Of a DNA stretch of 45,138 bases, positions 22,108 to 32,444 are shown one piece after another. Position 1 is the stretch's first letter. Each line of letters begins with the position of its first letter. The position numbers and the translations under genes were made by a program. Under the pieces are notes generated by a model, which was not told the origin of the DNA, did not search any database, and saw only the letters and a list, made by a program, of their open reading frames with translations. The DNA lies in the IMG/VR virus record IMGVR_UViG_3300037467_000875, positions 1 to 45,138 of that record, one strand, 5' to 3'. Source of the stretch: a virus. Lineage: Duplodnaviria > Caudoviricetes.

Positions 22108-22833
22108 TCACGTCCAAAGAATCCAGTTAATCGCGATAGAAGACTGCCTCATATCCACCGCTGATCCACTACCAGTCGAAGCGGTAGAGCCTGTCATGTT
22201 GTGATTGTGTCCATACGTTGTGTGCGTATAGGAACCGTCACCCGCCGTCTGTCCGCCGTGGAAGTGGTCACCGTTCGCGTCCTGACCATATGGGAGGCCG
22301 GAACCAGTCGGGATAGTACCCGAGAAGTTGTGACCACCGTGGGAACCACCGTTGTTCGTGTTAAAGCCGTGAGTGTGGAACGTCGTGTGGTCGTGCTTAT
22401 GCGAGTCCGTATCGGTGACTAGCGTTCCTGCTCCGTGCGTATGCCCGGGAAGTTGAGCCGATGTAAGGACGAGTGAATTAGCACCAAAGAGTGTGCCGAG
22501 GGCTTGGGTCGCGGAGGCACCGACAACCACACGATCCCTAAAATCAGGAACGGTGAAAGTAGTGCTTCCGTCACCAACTCCGAAAGGCAGGTTAGTGCCA
22601 ACAATAGATTGATCCTGTACCCACTGCCACAGGACAGCGTAAGTCGTACGGGAAATAGCCTGACCTTGCAGGAGTACAGTGTTTGCCGGAGCAATAGTTC
22701 CGATCCAAGGCTGAATCACCCCGGTCGGATTACGAGTTGTCTTGCTCTGAAGCGTTGCATTCATGTCATCGATCTGCTGCTGCATCGACGCAATCATTGC
22801 AACGGGATCGTCAAGCGGCCTATCGTCTGCCAT
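22108..22833 (-). CDS. Tail collar-domain fibre protein
   Basis: PTGVIQPW..GQAISRTTYA.L..GDGSTTF.VPDFR collar motif and repeated HxH motifs; GAGGAGGAG RBS. Confidence 0.88.
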   Translation of the reverse strand: MADDRPLDDPVAMIASMQQQIDDMNATLQSKTTRNPTGVIQPWIGTIAPANTVLLQGQAISRTTYAVLWQWVQDQSIVGTNLPFGVGDGSTTFTVPDFRDRVVVGASATQALGTLFGANSLVLTSAQLPGHTHGAGTLVTDTDSHKHDHTTFHTHGFNTNNGGSHGGHNFSGTIPTGSGLPYGQDANGDHFHGGQTAGDGSYTHTTYGHNHNMTGSTASTGSGSAVDMRQSSIAINWILWT

Positions 22834-22850
22834 TTCTCCTCCTCCCTCAA

Positions 22851-24965
22851 TTAGGCAAACTGAGGTGTAACGGTTTCCTTACCGGACGCCTCAACCTTGA
22901 TCTGTCGCTGACGAATCCGATACGTACCAGCAATACCAAGCTGCTCGTGCAAGGTGTAGGACACCGTATCCCCGACGTCGTACATCGAGAGGTCGGAGTC
23001 TGGAGTCACCAGGGCATCCGGACCAGGAACCCACAACACATCGTCACGTGCATTAACGAGAGCCTGTGTGTACTGATCCAAAGTAGCCTGCACAGAGACA
23101 CCGTTAAAGTTCTGCATGATTGCCGAACGGCCATACGTAGCCTGAAGCTGCGTATTGAAAGCGGAAGAGTAAATCGTACCGTTAGTTGCACCGGTCGAAG
23201 TGCCCGTGCCGTACGCATCCGACGCCACGTCCTGAGGTGCCACCGAAACCAAAAGGTTAGTGTTGGTGACGTTCCTGGCATCGAAAACGATAGCGCCTTC
23301 ACCCGAGGACCGATCCAGACCTCGCAGCGGATACGACATGTTCAACTGCCGAGTGGTCGGGTCCACCCAGTAGTCAAAACCATTCTGAAGTTGCGACAGG
23401 TTGTAGAGCATGGTGCCCACATAGTCCAGCTCAGTCTTCAGATAGGTAGCATCCCGCAGGACACCCGAAGCCGTAATACCCGAGGTATCGATTCCGAAAT
23501 GGCCGAACGTCAAGTTCTGCCACTGATCCACCAGAGCCTTACCAATGAGGAACTGGTCAATTTGCTTGAACGTCAGATCCGTCACCACAGCCATCATGTC
23601 GAAGTAGGCTTCGAGACCCTTGGCGTTAATGGTGAGAGAGTTGTTCTGAATCTGACCAGTGATCCATGGTCCAGCGAATACCAGTCGACCATTCCGGTAC
23701 AGCCAAAGCTCCGTTCCCTGCGTAGACAGGTTCTGGAGACGCTGCACAATCGGATCAGTCAAGGACGAGAGCTGGCATCCCACGTTCAGAAGCGATGGCT
23801 TATTCAGCGTTTGGGTGTATGAAAGGCCATCGAAACTGATAGGATCAATCTGGATAAAGGTAGGCGGACCACTCTGCTGTGGAATGCGCGCAACGCAGAC
23901 CAGCTCATATACTGCTGCCGTACTTTCTTTCGGAATCAGGGCAGACGCAACGGCAGACACCTCACGGATAACCGTGTGGTGTCCCATTGTGAACTTACTT
24001 GCGATTCCATGGCCCTGAAGCGTGACCGGGCCAGGGGTAACTACAGCCGTGCCAAAAGCAAGTCCGGACGGAATCCCCGTGGGTCGGGTCATGAAACCCA
24101 TGAGGATGGTTGCCGTACCGAACAGGTCCGGATCACCAGGCTTGGGACCGATACCCGAATGCTGAAGGGTTACCGGACCCGGCTGAACCGTGGCATGGCC
24201 TGCAACGAACCCAGTCGGAATACCATGGTGCGAAAGCGTGGCATCCGCGTGAGTGACTACAGCCTTACCGAAAGCCGAAGCACTAGGAATACCCTTGTGC
24301 GCAAGGCTCTGAGTACCAGACTGAATCTCGATTGCGACAATGGTCGCGATCTGACTAGTCGGGTTAGTCGCACCGGCTGTGTAAGCACCGGCAACCGCTG
24401 CTGGCTGAGTAACACAGTCAACTACGTAGTGAGACGATTTGTAGTCTCGGTGAAGCTCCGTGCTACCAGCACCACGATACGAAATTGTGGTAGGAGGTGT
24501 GACACCGTTGTAGTCACAGCTCATCCACGCAATGATTGAGTCATTGCGCTCGGTAGTGATGCTGACGTTCGGAGTTGACTGCTTAGTCGCGGAAGCAATA
24601 GCGGGAGTCGCATCAATCGTGGCCGCTGTCCACCGAGCGAACCACACCGAGTGATAGGAAAACGATGTAGAACCGCCACCACTGTAGTTAACCGTAATGG
24701 TTTGTGCTACAGAGTGTGCGGAATCTGCTACCGCAGTCCAGACCCGCATAGGCGATCCACCGCTGACATTGATGTTTGCCCGTTCAGTAAACGGCAAGCC
24801 AGCGGAGGACGAGATGCTAGAGACAGTTACAGATTCATTCTCCGACGTGGCGAAGACAGTAATGACCTCGCCGACAGCAGGAGTGAATGAAGATGACGTA
24901 CACGATGAGTTCGAGTACGACGTGTCAACGGATACTAACTGATCCGCTACAAGAACAGGTGCCAC
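22851..24965 (-). CDS. Minor tail protein (N-terminal beta domain, repeats, C-terminal hub/Tal-like region)
   Basis: GIP...AFG repeats; C-terminal ELWLYRNG..VFAGP, GFDY.VD and YDVGDTV motifs typical of siphovirus baseplate hub proteins. Confidence 0.75.
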   Translation of the reverse strand: MAPVLVADQLVSVDTSYSNSSCTSSSFTPAVGEVITVFATSENESVTVSSISSSAGLPFTERANINVSGGSPMRVWTAVADSAHSVAQTITVNYSGGGSTSFSYHSVWFARWTAATIDATPAIASATKQSTPNVSITTERNDSIIAWMSCDYNGVTPPTTISYRGAGSTELHRDYKSSHYVVDCVTQPAAVAGAYTAGATNPTSQIATIVAIEIQSGTQSLAHKGIPSASAFGKAVVTHADATLSHHGIPTGFVAGHATVQPGPVTLQHSGIGPKPGDPDLFGTATILMGFMTRPTGIPSGLAFGTAVVTPGPVTLQGHGIASKFTMGHHTVIREVSAVASALIPKESTAAVYELVCVARIPQQSGPPTFIQIDPISFDGLSYTQTLNKPSLLNVGCQLSSLTDPIVQRLQNLSTQGTELWLYRNGRLVFAGPWITGQIQNNSLTINAKGLEAYFDMMAVVTDLTFKQIDQFLIGKALVDQWQNLTFGHFGIDTSGITASGVLRDATYLKTELDYVGTMLYNLSQLQNGFDYWVDPTTRQLNMSYPLRGLDRSSGEGAIVFDARNVTNTNLLVSVAPQDVASDAYGTGTSTGATNGTIYSSAFNTQLQATYGRSAIMQNFNGVSVQATLDQYTQALVNARDDVLWVPGPDALVTPDSDLSMYDVGDTVSYTLHEQLGIAGTYRIRQRQIKVEASGKETVTPQFA

Positions 24966-24995
24966 CTTCTCCTCCTAAGAAGGGGAAGGTATTAG

Positions 24996-25421
24996 TTAGA
25001 GCTTGAAGATCTTATTGGGACCCGAATCCCATGCGATGTTGATGTTACCGCCGTTAGGCGTCACTGGAAGGTTAGTTGCATCGTCAATGTAAGCAATAAG
25101 ACGCTGAGCACTAGTAGCCAGATCAGCGCCACCTCCCGGAGCAGACGACTGGTAAAGAATGTAGCAAGAGCACGCAGTACCAGTCGGAACAGAGTTGAAC
25201 GTAACCGGGTCGGCATTCGCCACACCACCAGTAACCGTCGGAGTGGTAAGGGTCTGAGTGGCAACAATGGTTGCACCAGAACCAGTCACATCCGAAAGGA
25301 CCTGGTGTGCATCATTGAAAGTGTAACCTCGCAGAAGCGAGACCTTAATGGTTCCCGTGTTCCAGTCAATGGAACCATCGAGGAAACCCTCACGACCCTT
25401 AGAGTAAAGCTGCGAAGTCAT
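24996..25421 (-). CDS. Minor tail protein
   Basis: Start MTSQLY.KG; G.IDW..LIAYID..LPVTPNGG.I.I.W..IFKL pattern. Confidence 0.75.
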   Translation of the reverse strand: MTSQLYSKGREGFLDGSIDWNTGTIKVSLLRGYTFNDAHQVLSDVTGSGATIVATQTLTTPTVTGGVANADPVTFNSVPTGTACSCYILYQSSAPGGGADLATSAQRLIAYIDDATNLPVTPNGGNINIAWDSGPNKIFKL

Positions 25422-25422
25422 C

Positions 25423-27078
25423 TTAACCTGCCCAAGTGTCTCGGTAATCCAACGTGCACAGAACCGGAGCACCGGCAGGCACAGTCGTAAGGTAAATCTG
25501 GTTATAACCCTCTTGACCCGTTGGGTCAGCGTCGATACGGAATGGGTCACGAGGAAGCGCCCACGCACCGTACTTTGACTGACCGTCCAGGGTAATCACC
25601 GAACGGGGAGCACCGGTGATTCGAGACTGCATATCCCCAACGAGAGAAGAACCCTTAGGAATGTTCAGCGAAACATCGAATGAAACCTGAGAAGTGACGT
25701 TCGTCAGGATCACACGAGTAAGGGTCACACTCTGCGATGTGATAGTAATGACCGGGTATGCGGCGATGTTACCCAAATTGGTGACGTTAATGAGTGTTGG
25801 GTCGCCAAATACTGGTGAATTTGGGATAACGACTCGGTGAGGGACCGCAGAGTAGTGGCGAGGGTCAGCAGCACGGAGTGCAAATTTTTGATTTGCGAAG
25901 TGAAGTTGCTGATTGTTTCGCTCGCGGATAAGGTCTGTGGGTCGGACATACATCATCCTCGCAACGTCATCGGGATGCCGCCAAACCAACTGCCAATCTT
26001 CGTTCCGTTGCGGAACCAAGGCTCGCAGCAGAAGATTCATGTTGAGTTCTACGACGTCCCGGCCCTTGCCCACGTTCATCTCAAAAGTAACAACGCGTGC
26101 AGACTCCAGGTCGACCCCTCGGAGCGATCCATCGGCCCGAGGGAAATCCTGGTCGCTCGTCCTCACTGAGAGGCCGCCGAGACCGCTGGTGCCCTTGACG
26201 TGGAATTGCGTGCCGGAACCGATGAGCATACGGTTCGGCCCAATCCAATATTGATAGTTGAATGGCAGGATCGTAGCCTGCTGTCCACTACCACACGTCG
26301 TGACCGACGGATTGTTTTTGGACTGAAGTGGGCCGAATGCAGTCAGAATACCAGTGTTCTTAGAACCGCTGGCAGAAGTACCGACACCCGTTTTGGACGT
26401 GAGCTGCTTGGGACCGAAGGAACCACCTCGGAAGGTGACGACGATCGCTACCCATTCACGGTAGGAACTCAGCCAACAAGAGATGTTGAAGAACGACCGG
26501 ACGGACGCAATCAAATGGTGATGCGTACATCTGGTCCGATCAGAGTCGTCGTTATAGATGCGGTTCGCATAGGAGTACGGACTCAGGGCCTCGAACAGCC
26601 GGATCAGGCCACCCGAGAATCCACTTTGCGTACAGCCGGTGTAGGCATTGGCCACCGCACCCACAACAATTTCGTCTGCCTGAACCGTGATTCCGGTCTG
26701 ACCCGAGTCACACCGATTGCTATTCGAGGTTCGGACGACGACCTGATCCAGCGCGTTAGTCTGCGACGCGCCACCGTACTCCATTGCTCGAACCTGAATC
26801 GAACGGTCATCATTCGCGGTGACCGTAATCGTTTCCATGCTCGGAGCGTTCTGGTAGTACCACATGTAAAGGTGGACGCGTCCGTACGACGCAGATCGGA
26901 TCAGTACAAAGTTGGAATCCGAAATCCGTACGTTACTAGATCCTCCACCCAAAACTGCGGTGACCACTACCAGCGACCCCGGAAGAGTTGGGTCCTCGAA
27001 AGTCGCTGTGCAGCTCTTAGACTGGTAACGGCATACCGAGTTGTATGCGTTCTGTACTAGCTGAATAGTTGCAGTCAT
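25423..27078 (-). CDS. Distal tail (Dit)-like protein with N-terminal extension
   Basis: C-terminal half has R.DG...G.D...R, F.A.DP..YS and N.GN..AYPVITI motifs; second gene after the tape measure gene. Confidence 0.7.
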   Translation of the reverse strand: MTATIQLVQNAYNSVCRYQSKSCTATFEDPTLPGSLVVVTAVLGGGSSNVRISDSNFVLIRSASYGRVHLYMWYYQNAPSMETITVTANDDRSIQVRAMEYGGASQTNALDQVVVRTSNSNRCDSGQTGITVQADEIVVGAVANAYTGCTQSGFSGGLIRLFEALSPYSYANRIYNDDSDRTRCTHHHLIASVRSFFNISCWLSSYREWVAIVVTFRGGSFGPKQLTSKTGVGTSASGSKNTGILTAFGPLQSKNNPSVTTCGSGQQATILPFNYQYWIGPNRMLIGSGTQFHVKGTSGLGGLSVRTSDQDFPRADGSLRGVDLESARVVTFEMNVGKGRDVVELNMNLLLRALVPQRNEDWQLVWRHPDDVARMMYVRPTDLIRERNNQQLHFANQKFALRAADPRHYSAVPHRVVIPNSPVFGDPTLINVTNLGNIAAYPVITITSQSVTLTRVILTNVTSQVSFDVSLNIPKGSSLVGDMQSRITGAPRSVITLDGQSKYGAWALPRDPFRIDADPTGQEGYNQIYLTTVPAGAPVLCTLDYRDTWAG

Positions 27079-27081
27079 GGG

Positions 27082-27498
27082 CTAATCCCATGCCCACACA
27101 AGCTGCCCCGTAGCGAACTGAACAGGAGTGTTACCGTTGTTCACCGTGACTGGAGTGTCCAGCGCATTGGCGTACTCGGGGACACCACCAGAAGCCGCCG
27201 TAAACCAACCGTAATAGAGGATCTGACCCCAGTTAGCGGTTGGGTTGGGGAACGTAAAAGCTGCACCGTTCTGCTTGGTAGTGACACCCGAAGTAGTCAC
27301 CGCAGCCGGGAAGTTGGTAGAGTTATTCACTACCGCAACCCGAGCATAAGCTCCACCGGTCGGCTCAGTGAAGTTGGAACCGTCCTCGTTAGGGATGGTG
27401 GTCGACAGGCCGAGATACCACGTAGCGGGTGCCCACGTGGTAGCTCCACCGCCGAACTGGGAATCGGCAATTGCCCGTTCCCTCTGGTCAGTAGCCAT
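27082..27498 (-). CDS. Small minor tail / tail-fibre protein
   Basis: YLGLST..TEPTGGAYARV..FP.PTANWG..F..GQL pattern. Confidence 0.75.
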   Translation of the reverse strand: MATDQRERAIADSQFGGGATTWAPATWYLGLSTTIPNEDGSNFTEPTGGAYARVAVVNNSTNFPAAVTTSGVTTKQNGAAFTFPNPTANWGQILYYGWFTAASGGVPEYANALDTPVTVNNGNTPVQFATGQLVWAWD

Positions 27499-27501
27499 TA
27501 C

Positions 27502-30500
27502 TTATCCCAATCGCAGAGCCAAGGCTGTACGACGGGCCGTTTCAACCGGGTCACCGGATTGGTCGTGGACATTCACGACCGCTCCAGCGCCGGAACGCAG
27601 TAGGATATTAGCAATAGTATCCAACTTAGAAACGACCTCGTCATTACCAGCACCGTTATAGGTGTTCGACACCATGCTATCAAACTTGGCGGTCTGGTCT
27701 GCGTCGAGGATTCGTTCTGGCTTCTTGGTAGCGTTAATCGCCAGTGTCATTCCTGGCATCAAATAGCCACCCTGGTCATACCAACCATACTGCTGCTCGT
27801 GAGCCAAAGCGCCCTGTGGGGAGCCATACCGAGAAGCAATATAGTTCAGACCGTACTGAGTCTGAAGGGCCGGATCAGAGGTCTTAGAACCTCCGTACGA
27901 TGCCCAGGTAGAATCAAGGAACTGGAACATACCGTACGCAGTAGAAGTTGGGTTCTGCGCAGTATTCCGGAAACCCGACTCACGCATGATGACCGCATAC
28001 AGCGCGTCCCACTGCGCTCCGGTCCAGCCTCGGGCCGCTGCCATTGCCTGCACGAGAGCGACGTTGCCGCCTGCTGCTGCGGGTGCCGGGGCTACAGCCG
28101 ACGCGATAGCGTTCTTGATTGCATCAAGGGCTGCCTGGATCTTCCCCTTGACCGCGTCTCCGATCTTGTGGACCAGAGCCGCACCCATCTGCCCGATGGG
28201 ACCGTTAATCATTTTTCCAGCGAAGCTGTTGACAAGATTAACGATATCGCCAAGCGGGTCCGTGGAGAGACCCTGAGCTTGTGCACTCTGTACCTGGTTC
28301 TGAACCGAGACAGAGCCGCCCCCACCGCCATACGGGTTGTATGGTCCGATGGTTCCACCCGAAGCGAGAAGCTGAGTTCCAGCCTGAGCGTGCAGATCCT
28401 TCGCCCGATTGCGGTATTGCGGATCTGTGGGGATGACGTACTCTGGATAGCGGGGGTTGCCCTCACCGACGATGGCCACCGGGCCATTCGTCTTGAAACC
28501 TGCACCGACTCGACCACCGTTGGCGAGCATCTGAACTTCTTCAGTCAGAACGCCACCCGCAGCGAGCTTAGGAATGTCACCAACAGTTGGAATCAGGAAG
28601 AACTTCAGAACAGCGTTGAAGCCATGAATGAATCCGTTGACAACATCGATAACAGCATTCACTCCGGACTTTACAGCCGAAGTGATGTTGCCCCAAACAG
28701 TCGACGCTGTGTTCTTGATTCCATCCCAAATTGTACCGAAGAACTGCGAAACGCGATTCCAGACGCCATTCCAGTCAGCCTCGAAAGCGGCCCAGCGATC
28801 TGCGAAGAAAGAAGCAATCGAATTCCAGACCGACTGAGCCGTTGTGGAAATCGTATTCCAGATATTCGAGAAGAATGTGGATACGGTATTCCAGAGATTG
28901 GACCAGTCAGCACTGAAAGCAGCCCAGCGATCAGTAAAGAATGCAGCAATCGAATTCCAGATTTGCTGAGCAAACTGCGAAATCGTATTCCAGATCGACT
29001 GGAAGAATTGTGAAATCGTATTCCACAAATTGTTCCAGGCAGTAGTGAATGCATTCCACCTATCGGTGAAGAATGCGGCAATCGCATTCCAGACTTGCTG
29101 TGCGAAAGTGCTAATTGCATTCCAGATAGTCTGGAAGAAATTAGAGATCGTCGTCCAGAGATTCGTCCAGCTCTGCGAGAAGGCAGCCCAGCGATCCGCA
29201 AAGAAACTAGAGATCGCATTCCAGATAGTTTGAGCAGTGGTCGAAATCGCGTTCCAAATTGTGGTAAAGAAATTGGAGATCGCGGTCCAGACCTGCGTAA
29301 TCAATTCATGGTGCGCCTGGAACAAACGCTGGAAGTAATCTGTGATTGCATTCCAAACTGTAGTAGCTACAGAGGAAATGCCATTCCAGATTGACTTAAA
29401 GAAATCAGAGATAGCCTGCCAGATTGCAATCGCCGAATCACGTGCCGCATTCCAGCGATCCTGAAAGAAACTAAATACAGAATTCCAGGCGTCTACCCAA
29501 GTTTGCTTGAACGCGTTTGTTCGATCTTCAAAGAACGAAACGATAGACTGCCAGATATTGCTGAAGAAATCACCAACAGAAGTCCACAGATCCGTCCAGG
29601 CAGTCGAGATCTGATTAATCATGTCGTTCCATCCGGTAACAATGTAGTTACCGAACTCCGACATGCGCTCACCGAAGTGAGTAAAGAAATCGACTACAGC
29701 ATCTACTGCTTTGTGGAACCATCCGATCTTATCGTAGGCAGTCTGGAAAGCTGCCACGAGAGCCATGACGGTTACAACTACGAGCATGATTGGCCCACCG
29801 AAACCGGTGAGTGCAATCACCAGTGCGGTAACGCCGAGGACAATCGCACCCAGCCACTCCGGTGGGATAGCGTTGACCCACTTCATGAACCAGTTAACGA
29901 TGTCCAGCATCAGGTTACCAAGTGGCGCCAGGCCAATGGCAAGATGCATAATGAACGTGACAAGTTGAGTCACGAAGTCAATGACCCGTGGCAAGGACTG
30001 AACTGCCAGGTCGATAAACTGCTTAAAGCCGGGGTCACTACCTAGGTTGTTTGCCCAGGTAGCAAGATCCTGGAACATCTTGACAATCTGATCCAGGATT
30101 GGACCACCGAGCTTCATAAAAGCGTCAGTGATCCCGATGATTGTCTTGATGAGAGCAACACCGATGTTGGCGAAGTCTCGAAGGACCGGGCCGATCTGCT
30201 GACCGACCATCGAGATAAAGTTCCCCCACATGGAGGAACCAAAGAAGTCCTGGAAAATATTGAACATCTGAGTAAGCGCAGCAGAAACTGGCTTCATCAG
30301 AGGTTCAAGTGTCTTCAGGATGGACGTCAACAGGTTGAATCCGGCAGCCATTGTCTGGCCGACGACACCCGCGCCAATATCCTGAAGTGTCTTAATCTCG
30401 TTCTTCAGGCCCAAAAAGGCTTGACCTGCTGAACGCAGGGACGGGGGCAGTGCATCGATTCCTGCCTGCCCCTTCTTCGCTGCTTTAGAGATCTCCTCAA

Positions 30501-31086
30501 AGGCAGGGACAGCCGCAATGGCGAACGCACCGACACCGACACCCGCCACTACGAATGCCGATGCGAGTGCGCCAACTGCACCCACGACAGCGATCAGAGC
30601 CGAAGACAGGATGGGTGCCAGGATGATGAGTGCGCCCATAATTGCCTGTAGGCGACTCATAGAGCCTTCGGCTTCGCCACTACCAGGAGTATTCACGAAG
30701 ACGGTAGCGACACGCGTTCGTGAGACTTCGTCTAGCTTTAGCTTCAGATAGTCAAGTGCTACCTTGGCTTCAGTAGTGTCTACTTTAGCCTTAGTAGAAT
30801 AGCTACGCGCTGCGAAGATCCGAAGGTCAAAGAGCAGGACGTCAAAGTCCTTACGCTCTACATTGACCCGAGCGGTTGCCGTAGAAGCCTTGCGCGCAAA
30901 CTCTTCGAGATCTGCCTTCAGCTTGTCCAACTCAGCGGCAACACCACGCGAGTCAAGGTCAAGCTTTGCAGTGAAAGTCTTTCCATCAAACTCATCTGCC
31001 CGTGCAGTCGCCTCGTCAAGAGCCGCCGTAAACGGGTTGAGATCGAGGTCCAGAGTACCTTCGATTGATCCTGCATCAAAAGCCAC
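27502..31086 (-). CDS. Tape measure protein with C-terminal lytic transglycosylase domain
   Basis: 1194 aa; W/F-periodic 11/22-aa repeats; RESG..AQNP.STAYGMFQFL..TW lysozyme-like motif; follows the tail chaperones. Confidence 0.93.
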   Translation of the reverse strand: MAFDAGSIEGTLDLDLNPFTAALDEATARADEFDGKTFTAKLDLDSRGVAAELDKLKADLEEFARKASTATARVNVERKDFDVLLFDLRIFAARSYSTKAKVDTTEAKVALDYLKLKLDEVSRTRVATVFVNTPGSGEAEGSMSRLQAIMGALIILAPILSSALIAVVGAVGALASAFVVAGVGVGAFAIAAVPAFEEISKAAKKGQAGIDALPPSLRSAGQAFLGLKNEIKTLQDIGAGVVGQTMAAGFNLLTSILKTLEPLMKPVSAALTQMFNIFQDFFGSSMWGNFISMVGQQIGPVLRDFANIGVALIKTIIGITDAFMKLGGPILDQIVKMFQDLATWANNLGSDPGFKQFIDLAVQSLPRVIDFVTQLVTFIMHLAIGLAPLGNLMLDIVNWFMKWVNAIPPEWLGAIVLGVTALVIALTGFGGPIMLVVVTVMALVAAFQTAYDKIGWFHKAVDAVVDFFTHFGERMSEFGNYIVTGWNDMINQISTAWTDLWTSVGDFFSNIWQSIVSFFEDRTNAFKQTWVDAWNSVFSFFQDRWNAARDSAIAIWQAISDFFKSIWNGISSVATTVWNAITDYFQRLFQAHHELITQVWTAISNFFTTIWNAISTTAQTIWNAISSFFADRWAAFSQSWTNLWTTISNFFQTIWNAISTFAQQVWNAIAAFFTDRWNAFTTAWNNLWNTISQFFQSIWNTISQFAQQIWNSIAAFFTDRWAAFSADWSNLWNTVSTFFSNIWNTISTTAQSVWNSIASFFADRWAAFEADWNGVWNRVSQFFGTIWDGIKNTASTVWGNITSAVKSGVNAVIDVVNGFIHGFNAVLKFFLIPTVGDIPKLAAGGVLTEEVQMLANGGRVGAGFKTNGPVAIVGEGNPRYPEYVIPTDPQYRNRAKDLHAQAGTQLLASGGTIGPYNPYGGGGGSVSVQNQVQSAQAQGLSTDPLGDIVNLVNSFAGKMINGPIGQMGAALVHKIGDAVKGKIQAALDAIKNAIASAVAPAPAAAGGNVALVQAMAAARGWTGAQWDALYAVIMRESGFRNTAQNPTSTAYGMFQFLDSTWASYGGSKTSDPALQTQYGLNYIASRYGSPQGALAHEQQYGWYDQGGYLMPGMTLAINATKKPERILDADQTAKFDSMVSNTYNGAGNDEVVSKLDTIANILLRSGAGAVVNVHDQSGDPVETARRTALALRLG

Positions 31087-31105
31087 TCTGGACCCCGATC
31101 CCTAT

Positions 31106-31393
31106 TCAGTTATACCCAACTACCTCATCGATAGCAGGGGCGTCACTGACTCGCTCAATGCTCTTCATTCCCGGCAAGTCCATGATATCACCGGTGTCCT
31201 CAGGCTCGGAGTCTTCGCCTGATTCCCTACGAAGATGTGCATTGAGTTCTTCCATATAGACCCGCTGCTGCCACCAGGGCAGAGCATTCCACTCGTCAAT
31301 ACTGAATTGCAAGTAGAACTTGGCCCGGAACCACTCTAGACGCTGGTCAGGCGACTCGGTGAGTTCGTCGTACCGGGCCTCCCAGCTTCCGGG
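31106..31393 (-). CDS. Tail assembly chaperone C-terminal extension (-1 frameshift product)
   Basis: The -1 frame is open from 31393 (PGSWEARYDEL..WNALPWWQQRVY) with no RBS/ATG of its own; candidate slip site C-CCG-GAA at 31387-31393. Confidence 0.7.
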   Translation of the reverse strand, partial: PGSWEARYDELTESPDQRLEWFRAKFYLQFSIDEWNALPWWQQRVYMEELNAHLRRESGEDSEPEDTGDIMDLPGMKSIERVSDAPAIDEVVGYN

Positions 31394-31779
31394 TTAATGA
31401 GGTTCCCCATCACATAACCCACGAAGCCCATGAAAGGACGGTAAGGCAACTTCTGAAGTACCTCTAGCGACGGCTGACCGCCACAGAGCTTGGCCACCTC
31501 TTCGGTGATCTCCTCTGCGACTCGCTCATAGGTAGCCTCATCGTTCACCTGATTCAGAGTGGTAGCCATCTGATCAGGAGTAGTCGAATCGGCAGCGTCC
31601 TGCCCTACGAGGCCCATTTCCTTGAACTTGGCCTGAATGTTCTTCAGGAACTCATTCACGGCATTGCGAGAAGGCTCCGGGATAAATCCCTTGTGCCCAT
31701 CGCCGGGACCCAACCATCGAGGATCGGAGAAGTCATACTCAAGTGACCCTCCGATCGAATCAATATCGAACTTAGGCAT
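31336..31779 (-). CDS. Tail assembly chaperone
   Basis: Between the tail tube and tape measure genes; G.IPEPS, CGGQPS...L.KLPYR and NPE motifs. Confidence 0.8.
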   Translation of the reverse strand: MPKFDIDSIGGSLEYDFSDPRWLGPGDGHKGFIPEPSRNAVNEFLKNIQAKFKEMGLVGQDAADSTTPDQMATTLNQVNDEATYERVAEEITEEVAKLCGGQPSLEVLQKLPYRPFMGFVGYVMGNLINPEAGRPGTTNSPSRLTSV

Positions 31780-31824
31780 TGCCTTACCGTCCCCACCCGA
31801 AGGTGATAGCAGGAACTACGTCAA

Positions 31825-32442
31825 TTACGACGTAGCAGGGAGATTCATCTCCCGAACCACCATATCAGTGATCGGAGAGAGAAGCCGGAACGACACCGCG
31901 TAGACGCGCTGCGTCTTCGAACGAGTGTAGTCCGTCTTCACAGTGGCGACCGAAAGCACGTCCTGCCACAGGATGCGCCGCCAGTACGACTTGTTATTGA
32001 TACCCTCAATACCAAGCGTCAGGTGGTCAAGCTCCTCAGTGAACTTGATTTCCCGGTAGCCAGGCTCCGTAGCCGTAGGCGCAACAGTGTTGATAACACC
32101 GCCACCGTAGGCCAGAAGCATCGTCTCCAAGGTGTCCTCGGAGAGCGTGGTGTCAATCGTCGGATCGAGAGAGTCAGTGGCAACGTCAACAGCGTTGCTC
32201 TGCTCCTCAATCGTAATGTCAGTCGTCTTACGCGACCAGTTCAGAGTAACACCGGAGGTCGTGGCACCAATCGGAGTCCACAGTGGGTTACCCTTAGTGG
32301 CATCCGTCCAGTCGCCACCAAGCGGAAGCGCATTGTCCGGAAGCGTAGCCGACGGGTCATAACCCTGGTACCACACGGCAGCAGGGCCACGAACAACGTT
32401 CTTGCTCTCATAACGGGGAGAAGGACCCGGCCCAACAGCCAT
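31825..32442 (-). CDS. Major tail tube protein
   Basis: NVVRGPA, W..IGAT..GV and L.E.TLE motifs; synteny. Confidence 0.85.
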   Translation of the reverse strand: MAVGPGPSPRYESKNVVRGPAAVWYQGYDPSATLPDNALPLGGDWTDATKGNPLWTPIGATTSGVTLNWSRKTTDITIEEQSNAVDVATDSLDPTIDTTLSEDTLETMLLAYGGGVINTVAPTATEPGYREIKFTEELDHLTLGIEGINNKSYWRRILWQDVLSVATVKTDYTRSKTQRVYAVSFRLLSPITDMVVREMNLPATS

Positions 32443-32444
32443 GA

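Noticed and set aside
28600-29700. DNA-level repeats such as GCATTCCA and CCCAGCGATC
   Set aside because: Explained by the ordinary Trp/Phe-periodic repeats of the tape measure protein
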